From: Candidatus Bathyarchaeota archaeon
GTDB taxonomy: Archaea; Thermoproteota; Bathyarchaeia; Bathyarchaeales; DTEX01
Length of the DNA: 64,000 bases
Direction of reading: 5' to 3'
Assembly (NCBI GenBank): GCA_963714275.1
Contig: CAVQNT010000002.1
Location: 768,001 to 832,000 of the forward strand
The notes under the pieces were generated by a model. The model was given only the letters and a program-made list of their open reading frames with translations, was not told the DNA's origin and made no database searches. Made by a program: the position numbers and the translations under genes. Positions 45,009 to 59,213 of this stretch are shown here, piece after piece (within the stretch, counting starts at the first letter, position 1; each line of letters begins with the position of its first letter).

Positions 45009-46100
45009 TTGGACGTTGAGAAGCGTGTTGACTTGGTCTTGCGGAATACTGAGGAGGTTGTCACACGGGAAGAACTGAGGAACCTATTAGAGACCAAAAG
45101 GCGACTGAAAGCTTACTGGGGATTCGAATGCTCAGGTCTCATGCACGTAGGCATCGGTTTGATTCCCGGCGCCAAGATAAGGGACATGGTTGAAGCCGGG
45201 TTCGACTTCACGATTTTTCTGGCTGACTGGCACAGCTGGATAAACAACAAGCTCGGTGGAGTCATGGAAAACATTCGGGCTTCTGGAGAATATTTTAGAC
45301 ATTGTTTTGAGGCTTTAGGAATCGCGTCCGACAAAACCCGTATCGTTTGGGCAGCAGACATTGCCGAAAAAATTGAGTACTGGGAAAAAGTCGTCAGAAT
45401 CGCAAAATCGTCCTCGCTGCTCAGGACCAGAAGAGCCCTCACAATCATGGGTCGCGAAATGGACCTTTCAGACATAGAAACCGCCTGGGTCTTCTACCCT
45501 TGCATGCAGGCGGCAGATATTTTTCAGCTCGGTCTCGACGTGGCAGCGGGAGGCATGGACCAAAGAAAGGCGCACATGCTGGCTCGAGACGTGGCTGAGA
45601 AGCTGGGCTGGACGAAACCCGTGTGCGTGCACACGCCTTTGCTTTTGGGTTTGTTGAAGCCTGAGTTGAAGGAAACAGAGAAAGCGTTCGACGAGGACAC
45701 GGCTCTGAGCCAAAGGATAAGCTCAAAAATGTCCAAGAGCAAGCCTGAAAGCTGCATCTTCGTCCACGACACGCCTGAAGCCATCCGACAAAAAATGAGG
45801 GAAGCCTACTGCCCGCCGAAACAGGAAGAAGGAAACCCCGTCCTTGAGCACGCCCGCTACATAGTGTTCCCCCATCTTGGAGTCCTCAAGGTTCCACGGG
45901 CAAGCAAGTACGGAGGACCCTTAACCTTCGATAACTTCGAAACTTTGAAGCAAACTTACATGAAAGGCGAAGTGCACCCTCTGGACCTAAAAAACGGAGT
46001 CGCCGAGGCCTTAGTGGAGATACTAGAACCCGTCAGAGAACACTTCAAAAAGAACCCTGAACCCCTAGAAAAAATGAAAAAAATAACAATAACAAGATAA
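45009..46100 (+). CDS. tyrS: Tyrosine-tRNA ligase (archaeal type)
   Basis: YWGFE.SG.MHVG, ADWHSW.N.K, YPCMQAAD, GGMDQRKAH, KMSKS, HPLDLK. Confidence 0.96.
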   Translation: MDVEKRVDLVLRNTEEVVTREELRNLLETKRRLKAYWGFECSGLMHVGIGLIPGAKIRDMVEAGFDFTIFLADWHSWINNKLGGVMENIRASGEYFRHCFEALGIASDKTRIVWAADIAEKIEYWEKVVRIAKSSSLLRTRRALTIMGREMDLSDIETAWVFYPCMQAADIFQLGLDVAAGGMDQRKAHMLARDVAEKLGWTKPVCVHTPLLLGLLKPELKETEKAFDEDTALSQRISSKMSKSKPESCIFVHDTPEAIRQKMREAYCPPKQEEGNPVLEHARYIVFPHLGVLKVPRASKYGGPLTFDNFETLKQTYMKGEVHPLDLKNGVAEALVEILEPVREHFKKNPEPLEKMKKITITR

Positions 46101-46137
46101 ATCTAGGGAAACAAAAAATTTCTTAGTCAATGCAATA

Positions 46138-46302
46138 TGTTGTTCAAACAGCAAAATCGGATGATGAACAAAACAAACCAGATGAGAACATGCGTTTACA
46201 TCCCAAAACAACAGAGTAGGTGCGCCACAAAACAGACAGGTCTTTTTAGGTTGCGTTATGTCACACAAAATTGAAACTCAAATGTCACACAAATCAGACC
46301 AG
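46138..46302 (+). repeat. Modular intergenic repeat, copy 1 (module A 46138-46181, module B 46202-46298)
   Basis: Matches the reverse complement of 57813-57973; B contains ATGTCACACAAA twice. Confidence 0.88.
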
Positions 46303-46381
46303 ACAGAAACGCAGGAAACCGAAGATCAGTTAATGGATGTATAAACAAAAACCAAACATATTAACACTGTAACCTGAATGA

Positions 46382-46835
46382 ATGACACGAAGACGCATGG
46401 GAGAGGAAAGACTGTGCAGAACTAGGTTTTGCGGCGACGACTGCGACGCGTGCCCAAGGTACATCGCAACCCAAAGCAACGACATGGAGCAACTAAAGAA
46501 ACTTGCGGTTCTATGGCACAAAGTTGGCTACCGAAACAAAATAGTGCCACCTGAAGAGCTAGCCTGCCAGAATGCCTCCCGCGGACACGGTGCGACAGAA
46601 TGTACGTACGGGAATGCGCTTTAAAGAAAGGCGCTGAAAACTGCGGAAAATGCGAAAACTACCCGTGCTGAAACGTGCAAACGGCATTCAAGCAAACAGC
46701 TTCTTTCGCAAAGAAATCAAACAAAAATGCTCCAAAGAAGAATACGGAATCCTCCAAAAAGAATCCTACCAGAAAAAGAAAAACCTAGACAAAGCCAACA
46801 AAGAATGGCTATCACCAAAAAAGAAACAAAAGTAA
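46382..46835 (+). CDS. DUF3795-like Cys-rich protein; frameshifted or degenerate
   Basis: FCGDDCDACPRY.AT, then VRECALKKGAENCGKCENYPC in an adjacent frame. Confidence 0.7.
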
Positions 46836-47017
46836 CGAGAAATTCCTTTTTCTAAAGAATAAAACTTAACAAAACCTTAGAAACACTATCGATAAAACCT
46901 TCCAAGAAATTCTGAAGCCAACACTAAAAAATCATCTAAAAAATAGTAAAAATTGAACTGAAGCCACACATAGACCTTTTTTTTGTAAATATCGTCCAGA
47001 CGCAGGTTCTTTTTAGG

Positions 47018-50080
<3,063 letters not shown>

Positions 50081-50272
50081 GCTTATTTGGTTCCAGCGTC
50101 TGTTTGACGTTTAGGCCTATGCGTGGTGTTCATTGTGAGTGAGCTGACTATCGCCAGCTTCTCACTTTCACCCTTCGCTCCTCACCGTTGTTGATGAGGA
50201 GGTGCATCTTTTTTTGAGTGCTGTGCAAAACTTTTGAGTGCACGACTCTCGATATAGATCTTGCTGTGCTCG

Positions 50273-50280
50273 AATATAAA
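50273..50280 (-). promoter_or_regulatory. Putative TATA box of the stand-alone 23S rRNA gene
   Basis: TTTATATT on the minus strand, about 190 nt upstream of the mature 5' end. Confidence 0.5.
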
Positions 50281-50338
50281 CTTAGTGAAGTTCCATTCTT
50301 GGCTTTCGTGAAGATTTCTTTTTTTCTTTTCTGGCTGT

Positions 50339-50596
50339 TTAGACAGTTTCCAGCTTGTATGTGACTTTTAGCCCTTTTAGGGTCTGGTGGACATTGTCGC
50401 TGAGCTGCAAGACGTCGTCTATGGTGACCTGTTTTTTCCAATCGTAAACGTGGTCGTAGTATCCCTTCATAGGCTCAAACCCCATCGCCCGCAATCTCTG
50501 AACAATTTCCGAGGGGGCTGCTCCTTCGCTATTGAACCAGATAGTCAGGTAAGTCTTCAAGTTCAAATCACCTTTGCACTGTTTTCGTTGAGTCAT
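50339..50596 (-). CDS. Conserved small archaeal hypothetical protein
   Basis: KTYL..WFNSEGA.PSEI..RL..MGF.P..G.YD.VYDW. Confidence 0.75.
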   Translation of the reverse strand: MTQRKQCKGDLNLKTYLTIWFNSEGAAPSEIVQRLRAMGFEPMKGYYDHVYDWKKQVTIDDVLQLSDNVHQTLKGLKVTYKLETV

Positions 50597-50759
50597 TTAT
50601 TTGTTGCCTGCTGGATATATTTTTTGAGCCTCTCTCGCATGAAAGAAATGAATTGAGGTTTATTTCACAACGTTAATATCTCTCGAAACATTAAATTTTT
50701 TTAGTAGTTCATGACCTCAGCAAATAAAATACAAAAAAAGATAAAGGCTGAGAACCCTT

Positions 50760-52399
50760 ATGTGGTCTAAATATCTCTCAAGGGACGCTTACAAGTTAAT
50801 TTTGGTTATACTAGTATCTTCTGTGTTGATTCTGGACTTCAGTCCAACTGTGAGGTTGGTTTCTGCTGCTCCTGCTGGGTCGTTTAATTACGAGTTTGTT
50901 GTCGACAGTGAGGGTTCTACAACCATCAACATCGTTTATACGACCAAAGAAACCAGCGGGTCATCGTGGATTCTTGTTCCAAAATTTTCGGATTGGGTGA
51001 ACAACACAATAAAAGGAGCCGTTACCAGATGGTTTCTGAATGATTCAGAAAATGTCGCAGAAGGCTCATTCTATTTTTATGAAGTCTTGTTTTTTTCGTT
51101 CATTTCTGACGGCGCTGAATTCGAGATGCAATTCCAGTACAATATGACTACTGCTGCAATAATTATTGAGCCAGACGGCATTTTCTATTCTCCTCAGATC
51201 GGATTCGAAAAAAGCAACAGCCTAGAAGCGACTGTTGATTTTCCTAGCGGCTTTAAAGTAAATGATGCCTTAGCCTTTGGGAACTCGAGTTCCTATAATC
51301 CAAGTCCACAAGCTCGACACATGTTGTTTTTGACGATATTCCTGAAACTGAAAATCTCCTGCGTATCGAGATAGGATTTAGCACGGCAAACAAAGAGCCT
51401 AAACTGTTGGAGATTACTGATGGGATTTTCACTTTTGAAACAGTTACAAGGTATACTGAGTATGCGCGTTCGATACTGAACCTTTACAACAGAACATACA
51501 ATGACCTTGTCGATTTGTTTAATGTCACCTTAGAAGAAGCTAACGTGCGATTCTTTATTCCAGACTTCGAGTCTTTACTTTCCATAGGCGGCTACGTCCC
51601 CTTCACTTCGAACAGGATGGGCGACATCAACATAAACTTCGTTTTCACTCGGTACGTTGAAGGATACATCGAAGTCATTGCGCTTCACGAATTGGTTCAT
51701 CAATTTCTTTGGAAAGCAGGCATCTCTCCTAAGGCTTTGCTGTGGTTTCATGAGGGCATGGCGCAGTATGTGAGCATGGAAATTGCGAACAAGATAGGCT
51801 ACGAAGGGTCCGGGACGATGATTAATGAAATGGAGACAGTGATTTCTCAACTCAAAATGACGGTGGGAGAAGACTTCGGGTTTCTTCAACAGTGGTCCAT
51901 GACGAGCCAACCTCAAGACGTAGGGTCCTATTATGCTGCTGCATACTATGTAGTTAAGTCACTGGCTGAAAATCATGGTGGATTGGCTTATTATGCTCAT
52001 TTCTTTAAACTGATGAACGGTGAAACCATAGCAAGCAACTCTGAGCTTGGTTATTTCTTAAGCCTCACGTCAGAAGAGTCGGTTGCAGAGTCACTGAACA
52101 GCTGGGGATTTAATGTTCCAGACCTTTACCTGTATTCGCCTCTGCTCGGAACCGTTAAAAGGGTTCTTAGCGAGGTCAATCCGCTTTATCAGCCATACAA
52201 GTATATTGCTGAACTTCTGTATGAACAGGCTTTATCGAACGCTAGACAGGACAGTGTCAGCGAAATGAACTTTTTCCTCACAGCAGCAATTTCCGTTGCG
52301 AAACTGGCGCCATTGTTAACCTTGATGACGGTTTCTGGAATTCTATTCATCATAATTCTGCTGGCTCTCAAAAACAAAGGCGTGTTCTGGAACTACTGA
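50760..52399 (+). CDS. Membrane-anchored gluzincin (peptidase MA-like) metallopeptidase; frameshifted near 51310
   Basis: Signal peptide, HELVH followed by WFHEGMAQY, C-terminal TM. Confidence 0.82.
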
Positions 52400-52996
52400 A
52401 GCCTAAAACTGCTGAAAATTTTTGGCTTATTGTTTTCCGCTTCCGTTCGGACTTTAAAATAAAGGTTGTTTCCGTGTGAATCCATGCAGACGATTAAGGG
52501 ACCGAACTTGTCAACCTCAAACGTCCAGACAGCTTCAGGCACTCCCAAGTCTAACCATTCAACATTCTTCACCTTTTTTATTAATCTAGAAGCTAAGACT
52601 GCCGCTCCGCCCGTGAATGCCCCATAAACTGCACCATGTTCCTTCATCGCCATAGATGTTTTTTCGCCCATCCCGCCCTTGCCGATAACTAAACGTACAC
52701 CAAAGTTCTTGATTACCTCATCCTCAAAGGCTTCCATCCGCATGCTCGTTGTTGGACCAGCAGCCAGCACCGTCCATTCGTTGTTGGTCCTTTTAACCAA
52801 AGGTCCACAATGATAAAGAGGTAACCCATCAAAAACCATAGGCAGACTTCCTTCCCTCATGCATGAATTGCATTATTCTCTTGTGAGCTGCATCACGCGC
52901 TGTCAACAAGGTTCCTGTAACGTAAACCACGTCTTCAACCTTTAATCTGCGGACATCTTCCTCCAGAATGGGCGTCTTAAGCTCAGTTTTTCCCAA
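52393..52996 (-). CDS. Fe-S fumarate/tartrate hydratase beta subunit; frameshifted
   Basis: TARDAAHKR, YHCGP, AGPTTS.RM, IGKGGM, GPLIV..DSHGNN. Confidence 0.92.
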
Positions 52997-53019
52997 CTAA
53001 ACCACTCTCAAGATATGGC

Positions 53020-53914
53020 TTAATAAAAATCTTTCAAAGGTTCATGCGTCAAGTATTCAACCTTTCCGTCTACGTGGATGATTGCTGTTGCTTTCCTAGC
53101 CGCCCAGCACTGAAACGCCACTGCAACAGGGTAAGAAGCGGGATGACGGTGTGCATACTCAACTTTTACAGCCAATGTTGTCGTGTCCCCGCCTAGACCC
53201 ATTGGTCCAATTCCTGTTTTGTTTACAGCCTCGTAAAGTTTATGTTCTAACTCAGCAACCTCTGTGTTTGGATTCAATTCATCTAACAGTTTCATGAGAG
53301 CCTGTTTTGCGAGATCCATCGCGATGTTTGCTCCGCCGCCTATTCCGACGCCTATGATTGTGGGCGGGCAAGGCATCCCTCCGGCTTTAATGACGCAGTC
53401 TACAACAAATTCTTTCAGTCCCCTTAAGCCATCAGATCGGTCTCATCATCTGCAATGTACACGTATTTTCTGAACCTCCTCCTTTGGGGAAGGCTGTTAT
53501 TTTGAGGGAGTTTCCTTTGACGATTTTCCAGTGAATGTACGGAACGTGGTTTCCAGTGTTGTCGTTTGGGTTCTCTTGAGTGAAAGGGTTCACGGTGTTC
53601 GGACGTAGAGGTATTTCTTTTGTTGCCCTTTGGACGGCTTTGAGGAGGATGCCCTCAACTTTTTCAAGGCTTTTGAACTTTGAACCAGCCTTCAAATAGA
53701 AAGATATTAATCCCGTGTCTTGGCAAATCGGCGTATTCGTTTTTTCAGCCATCTCGACGTTTTCCAGAATTGCCTTAAGTTGGATTTTTCCAATCTGGCT
53801 TCTTTCTTTTTCGTATGCGATTTTCAGGGCATTTTTAACGTCTTCTGGAAGACTTGTGACAGCTTGCCTCAGCAAGTTCACCGCAACGTCCATGACCATG
53901 GTTTCGAGGTTCAA
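53020..53914 (-). CDS. Fe-S fumarate/tartrate hydratase alpha subunit; frameshifted
   Basis: PICQDTG, PLRPN, PKGGGSEN, PCPP..IGVGIGG, GIGPMGLGG, HPAS.PVA..QCWA.R. Confidence 0.93.
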
Positions 53915-54015
53915 GCGTCTTCTCCTCTGGAACAGAACAGTTTGGTGCCTAACTCTACTTTCTGCCTTCGTCTAATTTAAATATCTTCACGTTCTAGAAA
54001 TAAGCGGAGACGAAA

Positions 54016-55010
54016 ATGGGCGTCGAAGAAGCTCCTACCAAAAAAACGTACGGAAGCATAGACGAATTACCAGGCGTAGGTCCCTCAACCGCGAACAAGC
54101 TGACGTGAACTTGGGTTCAATACGGTTGAGTCTTTAGCCATGGCAACTGTGCGTGAGCTCGTTCATGCTGGCATAGGAGAACAGAAAGCCTTCGAGATTA
54201 TCAATGTTGCAAGGTCATCCAGCTCCTTGTCCTTCATAAGGGTTGACGAACTCGCGGAGAAAAGGCAAAGCGTCTCACGTTTGACGACTGGAAGCAAAAA
54301 GCTTGACGTCCTCCTAGGAAAAGGAGTTGAAACTCAGTCCATAACCGAATTTTACGGCGAATACGGGTCGGGAAAAAGCCAGATTGCCCATCAGTTATGC
54401 GTTAATGTTCAGCTGCCTCTTGAAAATGGAGGTTTAAACGGCGGCGCACTTTACGTCGACACTGAAAACACGTTCAGAACGGAACGTATCGCGCCGATGG
54501 CTCAGCACGTTGGCTTGGACGTCGATAAGGCTTTTAGAAACATTATATTGGCTGAGGCTTACACTTCGGACCATCAGATGTTTTTATTGGAGAACGCCGA
54601 CAAAATCATCAAAGAAAACAACATTCGGCTGATTGTCGTGGACTCTTTGACAGCGCATTTTAGAAGCGAGTACATCGGTAGAGAAAACCTCGCGGAAAGG
54701 CAGCAAAAACTCAACCAGCACATGCATAAACTCATTAAGCTCAGCTAGAGCCTTCAACGCGGTTGCATTGGTGACTAACCAGGTTATGGCGAGTCTAGAC
54801 GTCTTTCTTGATGAAGCCGTTCGACCAATCGGCGGTCACATCGTGGCGCATACAAGTCACACGCGCATCTTTCTACGCAAAGCCAAACGCGGACCTGTAA
54901 GAATTGCGCGGTTAGTGTCAAGCCCTTACCTTCCAGAGGGAGAATGCCTGTTCAAGATAACCGAAGACGGAATAGAAGATATAGAAGAAGATCAGCAGAG
55001 CGTGGAGTAA
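54016..55010 (+). CDS. radA: DNA repair and recombination protein RadA; frameshifted near 54105 and 54745
   Basis: HhH LPGVGP, GEYGSGKSQ, YVDTENTFR.ER, VDSLTAHFRSEY.GR..LAERQQKLN, TNQV, GGHIVAH. Confidence 0.95.
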
Positions 55011-55011
55011 G

Positions 55012-55373
55012 ATGAGCGTTCCCTTGGCACATATGACCCGACTGTTTCAGCTCGTTACAGAAAGAAAGTTTGCCGAAGCTGAAAGAATTCTTGAACGGAT
55101 AACGGCTAAAATGAAGAATACTGGACAACAGGAATTCAACAGAGGCTACTTGGAAGCGTTAGGCGGAATAATCCTCACCTATCGTTCAAGTGGTGAGTCC
55201 TACGAGTTTTTAGCAACCTCAACCTGAATGATGTTGAAGCCTTGAAAAAGCATTATAAAGATTTTTTGGAGAATTCCCAGAGCCGTTTTCACGCTGATTA
55301 CGACAGGGGCTACTTTACTGCGTTGACTGATTACATGCGTGTGGTCCTGAAAACAGTCGAAGGGAAAAACTGA
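55012..55373 (+). CDS. Hypothetical protein downstream of radA; frameshifted near 55210
   Basis: Repeated RGY motif (FNRGYLEAL, YDRGYFTAL) across two frames. Confidence 0.65.
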
Positions 55374-55380
55374 GGTTGAA

Positions 55381-55656
55381 CTAAACCGAAACTAGGCTTT
55401 GCTGTAAGGTGTACAGTAGAACCCAGACAAGAAGCCACGTGATGACGTATATTCCGACTCCTGTTTTGGTGACAACCGAGAGTTTCTCGACTTTTTCGAT
55501 AAACACTTGCCTTAAAACCCAGTCTGCGCTGAAATAAACCATAAGACATATTCCCACCGCAGATAGGATATTATTGACTCCCAAAACAAAGCATAATACG
55601 GCTGTGACAACGCCAAGCATAATCTTAATCGTGTAAATAAGGTTTAAAGTTTCCAA
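55381..55656 (-). CDS. EMC6/Rab5ip-like three-TM membrane protein
   Basis: 91 aa with three TMs, ending GVGIYVITWLLVWVLLYTL like the EMC6 C-terminal helix. Confidence 0.6.
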   Translation of the reverse strand: METLNLIYTIKIMLGVVTAVLCFVLGVNNILSAVGICLMVYFSADWVLRQVFIEKVEKLSVVTKTGVGIYVITWLLVWVLLYTLQQSLVSV

Positions 55657-55672
55657 TTAGTATCTACCTCAG

Positions 55673-57686
55673 GTGTGTGTGTTGAAGGAGGAGATGTATA
55701 GTTTCGACATAGCTGTGGTCACCATTGAACTTGACCGCATGGTTAGTGGACATAGAGTTGACAACATTTACCAATTAAATCCTAAAACCCTGCTATTAAA
55801 CCTTCACGGAAAAGAAGGCGCCCGCACCAACCTAATGATAGAGGCAGGCAGAAGAGTTCACGCGACTTCATATGATCTTGAGAAACCTTCGAAACCTGCG
55901 GGTTTCTGCATGTTGCTCCGAAAATACTTGCGGAACGGAGTGGTTGAAAAGGTTCAGCAATACATGTTTGAACGGATCGTGGGTATAACCGTCTCATGCA
56001 AAGGCGAACAGTACAACCTTATCGTTGAGGTTTTCGGCGAAGGAAACATTATCCTCGTAAGCCCACAAGGCAAGATACTTCATGCCCTAAGTTACCGAAG
56101 GATGAGAGACAGAAATGTCATCCGCAGCGAAGAATTCATATATCCTCCTCCCATTGGCGAGGACCCGAGGACCTTGAAGCGCGAAAACCTGAACTCACTG
56201 ATAGGTCGTGGGCAACTTGAAACTGTAAAAGCGATTGCTAGGTTTCTGGGCATAGGCGGTTTTTATGCAGAAGAGGTTCTTCTGCGTTCAGGAATACCAA
56301 AAGATAAACCGTGTGGGTCTCTCAGCGACAAAGAACTAGACGCAATATATGAGAGTCTGCAGGACTTCTTTCGAACACTTTTGATGGACAGCTGGAACCA
56401 TGCATCTTCGTAGACGAGCGTGGCAGTTGGGTTGATGTTGCTCCGTTTCATCTGAAAAAATATGAAGGCTCAAACCTTGTTAAGTTCACTAGTTTCAACG
56501 AAGCTTTGGACGAGTTCTATTCGAAAGCTTCTGTTGGAGCAAGAATACAAGATGTTAAAAACCTTGCTTCTCAGGAAACGTCTCGGTTTGAAAGGATTTT
56601 GCAGGAACAAGAAAAGGCTTTGCGTGAGTCTCAACAAAAGACTGAGGTTTACAGGAAGGTTGGCGACGCTGTTTACCTTCATTTGAACGATCTTCAAATT
56701 CTTCTACAAAGGATTATGAGGGAAAAACGGGAAGGCAAAGACTGGAAGCAAATATCTGAAACTTTAGAAAAGGAAAAAAGTGAAGCGCGAACGTCAGCTG
56801 TTTTTTTTGAAGCCTTGAATCCCGATACTTTAACAGTTCAGGTCTCTGTTGAAGGTCAGTCTTTTCAGCTTGGACCTTAAACTTTCAGCTCAGAAATGCG
56901 GGTCCGAATATTACGAGATGGCTAAGAAGGCTAAAAAGAAGGCTGCGGGAACAAAAAGTGCTATCGAAAAATTCCGTGAACAAATCGCCAAGGCGCAGCT
57001 TCAGGAAACTGAAAAGGTCGAAAAAGCTTCTGAGCCTGCCAACGGTTGCCAGAAAAAGAGAATGGTTCGAAAAGTTCCGTTGGTTCCGTTCCTCAGACGG
57101 GTTCCTCATAATTGGCGGTAGAGACGCAGCCACGAACGAGATAGTAGTCAAGAAACACACGGACCCCAACGACATTGTCTTTCACGCCGAGGTGCAAGGG
57201 GCGCCGTTTGTTGTGGTTAAAACCCAAGGCGTAACGCCTTCTGAACAAACAGTCAAAGAGACAGCTCAATTCGCAGCGTCCTATTCTCACGCTTGGAAGG
57301 GAGGCTTGGGCGCGGTTGACGTTTATTGGGTTCGACCTGAACAGGTAAGCAAGACTCCTCCTTCAGGCGAGTATCTGCCAAGGGGAGCCTTCATGATTTA
57401 CGGGACAAAAAACTATGTTAAAGGCGCAATAATGGAGGCTGTGGTCGGCTTGAAAAAGGAAGACCAAAATTTACGGATCATAGGCGGACCAACAGAAGCT
57501 ATCGCCCATCAAACTAAGATTTATGTTAAGCTGGTTCCCGGAAGAGAGCCCAGTGGCAACCTTGCTAAGCAGATACGAAAAAAATTTGTCGAGCTGTCTC
57601 CTGTGGACTCACGGAAAGAGGTTTTGCAGCTGCCTTTAGAGGAAATTCAAAGTTTCATTCCCGCAGGTGGAGGAACTGTAAAATAG
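55673..57686 (+). CDS. rqcH: Ribosome quality-control protein Rqc2/NEMF (NFACT); frameshifted in three places
   Basis: F.MLLRKYL, FERIV, EVFGEGNIIL, EWFEKFRWF.SSDG.L.IGGRDA..NE..VKK, GEYLP.GAFMI.G. Confidence 0.92.
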
Positions 57687-57812
57687 AAAATTTTTTACGA
57701 TTCTGTTTCCGTCTTTGCGCTGATTTCCTTATGTGAAGTGGTGCATCCACGGGTTTTTCGTGGTCCTGAAGAATTTTTCTTTTTATAAAATCATCGTGAT
57801 CATGTGCCCTGA

Positions 57813-57973
57813 CTGGTCTGATTTGTTCAACAACCAGAATTGCTGTTTGAACAACAAACGCTGTTTACGGGAGGCTATCTGATTTGTGTGACATTCGAGT
57901 TTCAATTTTGTGTGACATAACGCAACCTAAAAGATCTGTCTATTTTGTGGCGCATCCGATCTGTTGTTTTGGG
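57813..57973 (-). repeat. Modular intergenic repeat, copy 2 (module A 57813-57856, module B 57878-57973)
   Basis: Inverted copy of 46138-46302 with the module order swapped. Confidence 0.88.
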
Positions 57974-58024
57974 GCGCAAACATAGATTTTTTTTCTGGTG
58001 GTTGAGTGGGACTTCCAAATTTTC

Positions 58025-59212
58025 TTAATGATTGTAAATTTTTACTCCTCTTACGACTCTGTTTATTACACCTTTTTCGCTGGGGCTGTCAGGTTTAAGC
58101 CCTATCTTTAGGGATTTGAAGAGTCCAAGAAGCTGCCCAACCGTTACGTCCATGATTGGTCTGTAGAAATCTGGAATGTTGAACTTGCCCTCTCTATTGA
58201 ACTCGAAGACTTGATTCGCGTTTTTTTTAATTTCCTCATCAGCCTTATCGCACACTACGACTTTTGCCATGCCGAGGTTTTTGTTTTCTATTTCCCGCAT
58301 CAGGTCCAGCTCATATTTTCTGGCACGCGGCTCTGAAGAAAGCAAGTAGACAACCATGGTCTTATCGTTTATAACGGCTTCTGGTCCATGCCTAACTCCG
58401 AGAAACGTGTCAGCTTTACATATTATTTTACCGTCGGTCATTTCCTGCAACTTTAGGCTTGATTCCACGGCGCAGCCATACAGGCATCCGCTTCCCAAGA
58501 AAAACGCTCTTTCAAAACCGTTGTCTACAACATCTTTTAAAAGATTCGAGTAGTCCCAAAAAAGCCTGCTTGTGGCTTCCGAAAGGTCCTTTATTATTCG
58601 TTCATATTCTTCAAGATTTTTTATGTTCGCCAAGAATTGGGCTGCCATCACCATCGTTGTGAAGGATGCTGTCATAGCCAAGCCTTTATCGTTGGTTTCG
58701 TCAGACAACAAGACAGGCAAGGCGTGGCGTTTTTTCTTTCCAATTTCCGCAAGCTCTCCATGCCTGTTGCATGTCACAATAACATGGCTAATTTTGGGAC
58801 AATATTTTTCTGCCACATTAATCGCTGCGGTGCTTTCTGGGCTGTTCCCCGATCTTGCGAAGGAAATCAGTATGTTGTTGGCTTTTTTGAGAAAAATTGA
58901 GTCCCAATGCGTGATGATGTCTGTTGTGGGTCTAGTGTCAACGTCCAGCTGCCACCTTTGCCTCAGCAAGTTCTGGGCAGACAAACCCACATGTGCAGAT
59001 GAGCCCGCTCCTGTGAGGGTTACCCTAGGATTCGGCTTCGAAAAAACGTTCGTGTCTAGGAAGGCAAGAACTTCTTCTTTCTGTTTCTTTAGGTTCTCGA
59101 AATTTTCTATCCACAGTCTCGGTTGAGCAGCTATTTCCGATGGTGTATACTCGATTCCTTTTTTTGCACGTTCCTCTTTTGGCAAGTTAACGAGCTCGTA
59201 GAGTTGGTTCAT
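58025..59212 (-). CDS. agaS: SIS-domain protein, AgaS-like (galactosamine-6-phosphate deaminase/isomerase)
   Basis: T..EI..QP..W, LTGAGSS, SFARSGNSPES, AMTASFT, LKLQEMT.G, RHGP, PDSPS..G.INRVV.GV.IY. Confidence 0.8.
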   Translation of the reverse strand: MNQLYELVNLPKEERAKKGIEYTPSEIAAQPRLWIENFENLKKQKEEVLAFLDTNVFSKPNPRVTLTGAGSSAHVGLSAQNLLRQRWQLDVDTRPTTDIITHWDSIFLKKANNILISFARSGNSPESTAAINVAEKYCPKISHVIVTCNRHGELAEIGKKKRHALPVLLSDETNDKGLAMTASFTTMVMAAQFLANIKNLEEYERIIKDLSEATSRLFWDYSNLLKDVVDNGFERAFFLGSGCLYGCAVESSLKLQEMTDGKIICKADTFLGVRHGPEAVINDKTMVVYLLSSEPRARKYELDLMREIENKNLGMAKVVVCDKADEEIKKNANQVFEFNREGKFNIPDFYRPIMDVTVGQLLGLFKSLKIGLKPDSPSEKGVINRVVRGVKIYNH

Positions 59213-59213
59213 T

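Noticed and set aside
46138-46302. CRISPR mini-array
   Set aside because: There are only two 12-bp direct repeats 24 bp apart, the intervening sequence is conserved between copies, and no cas genes are present.
54016-55010. Intein in RadA
   Set aside because: The joined length of about 330 aa is standard, with no insertion after Walker A.
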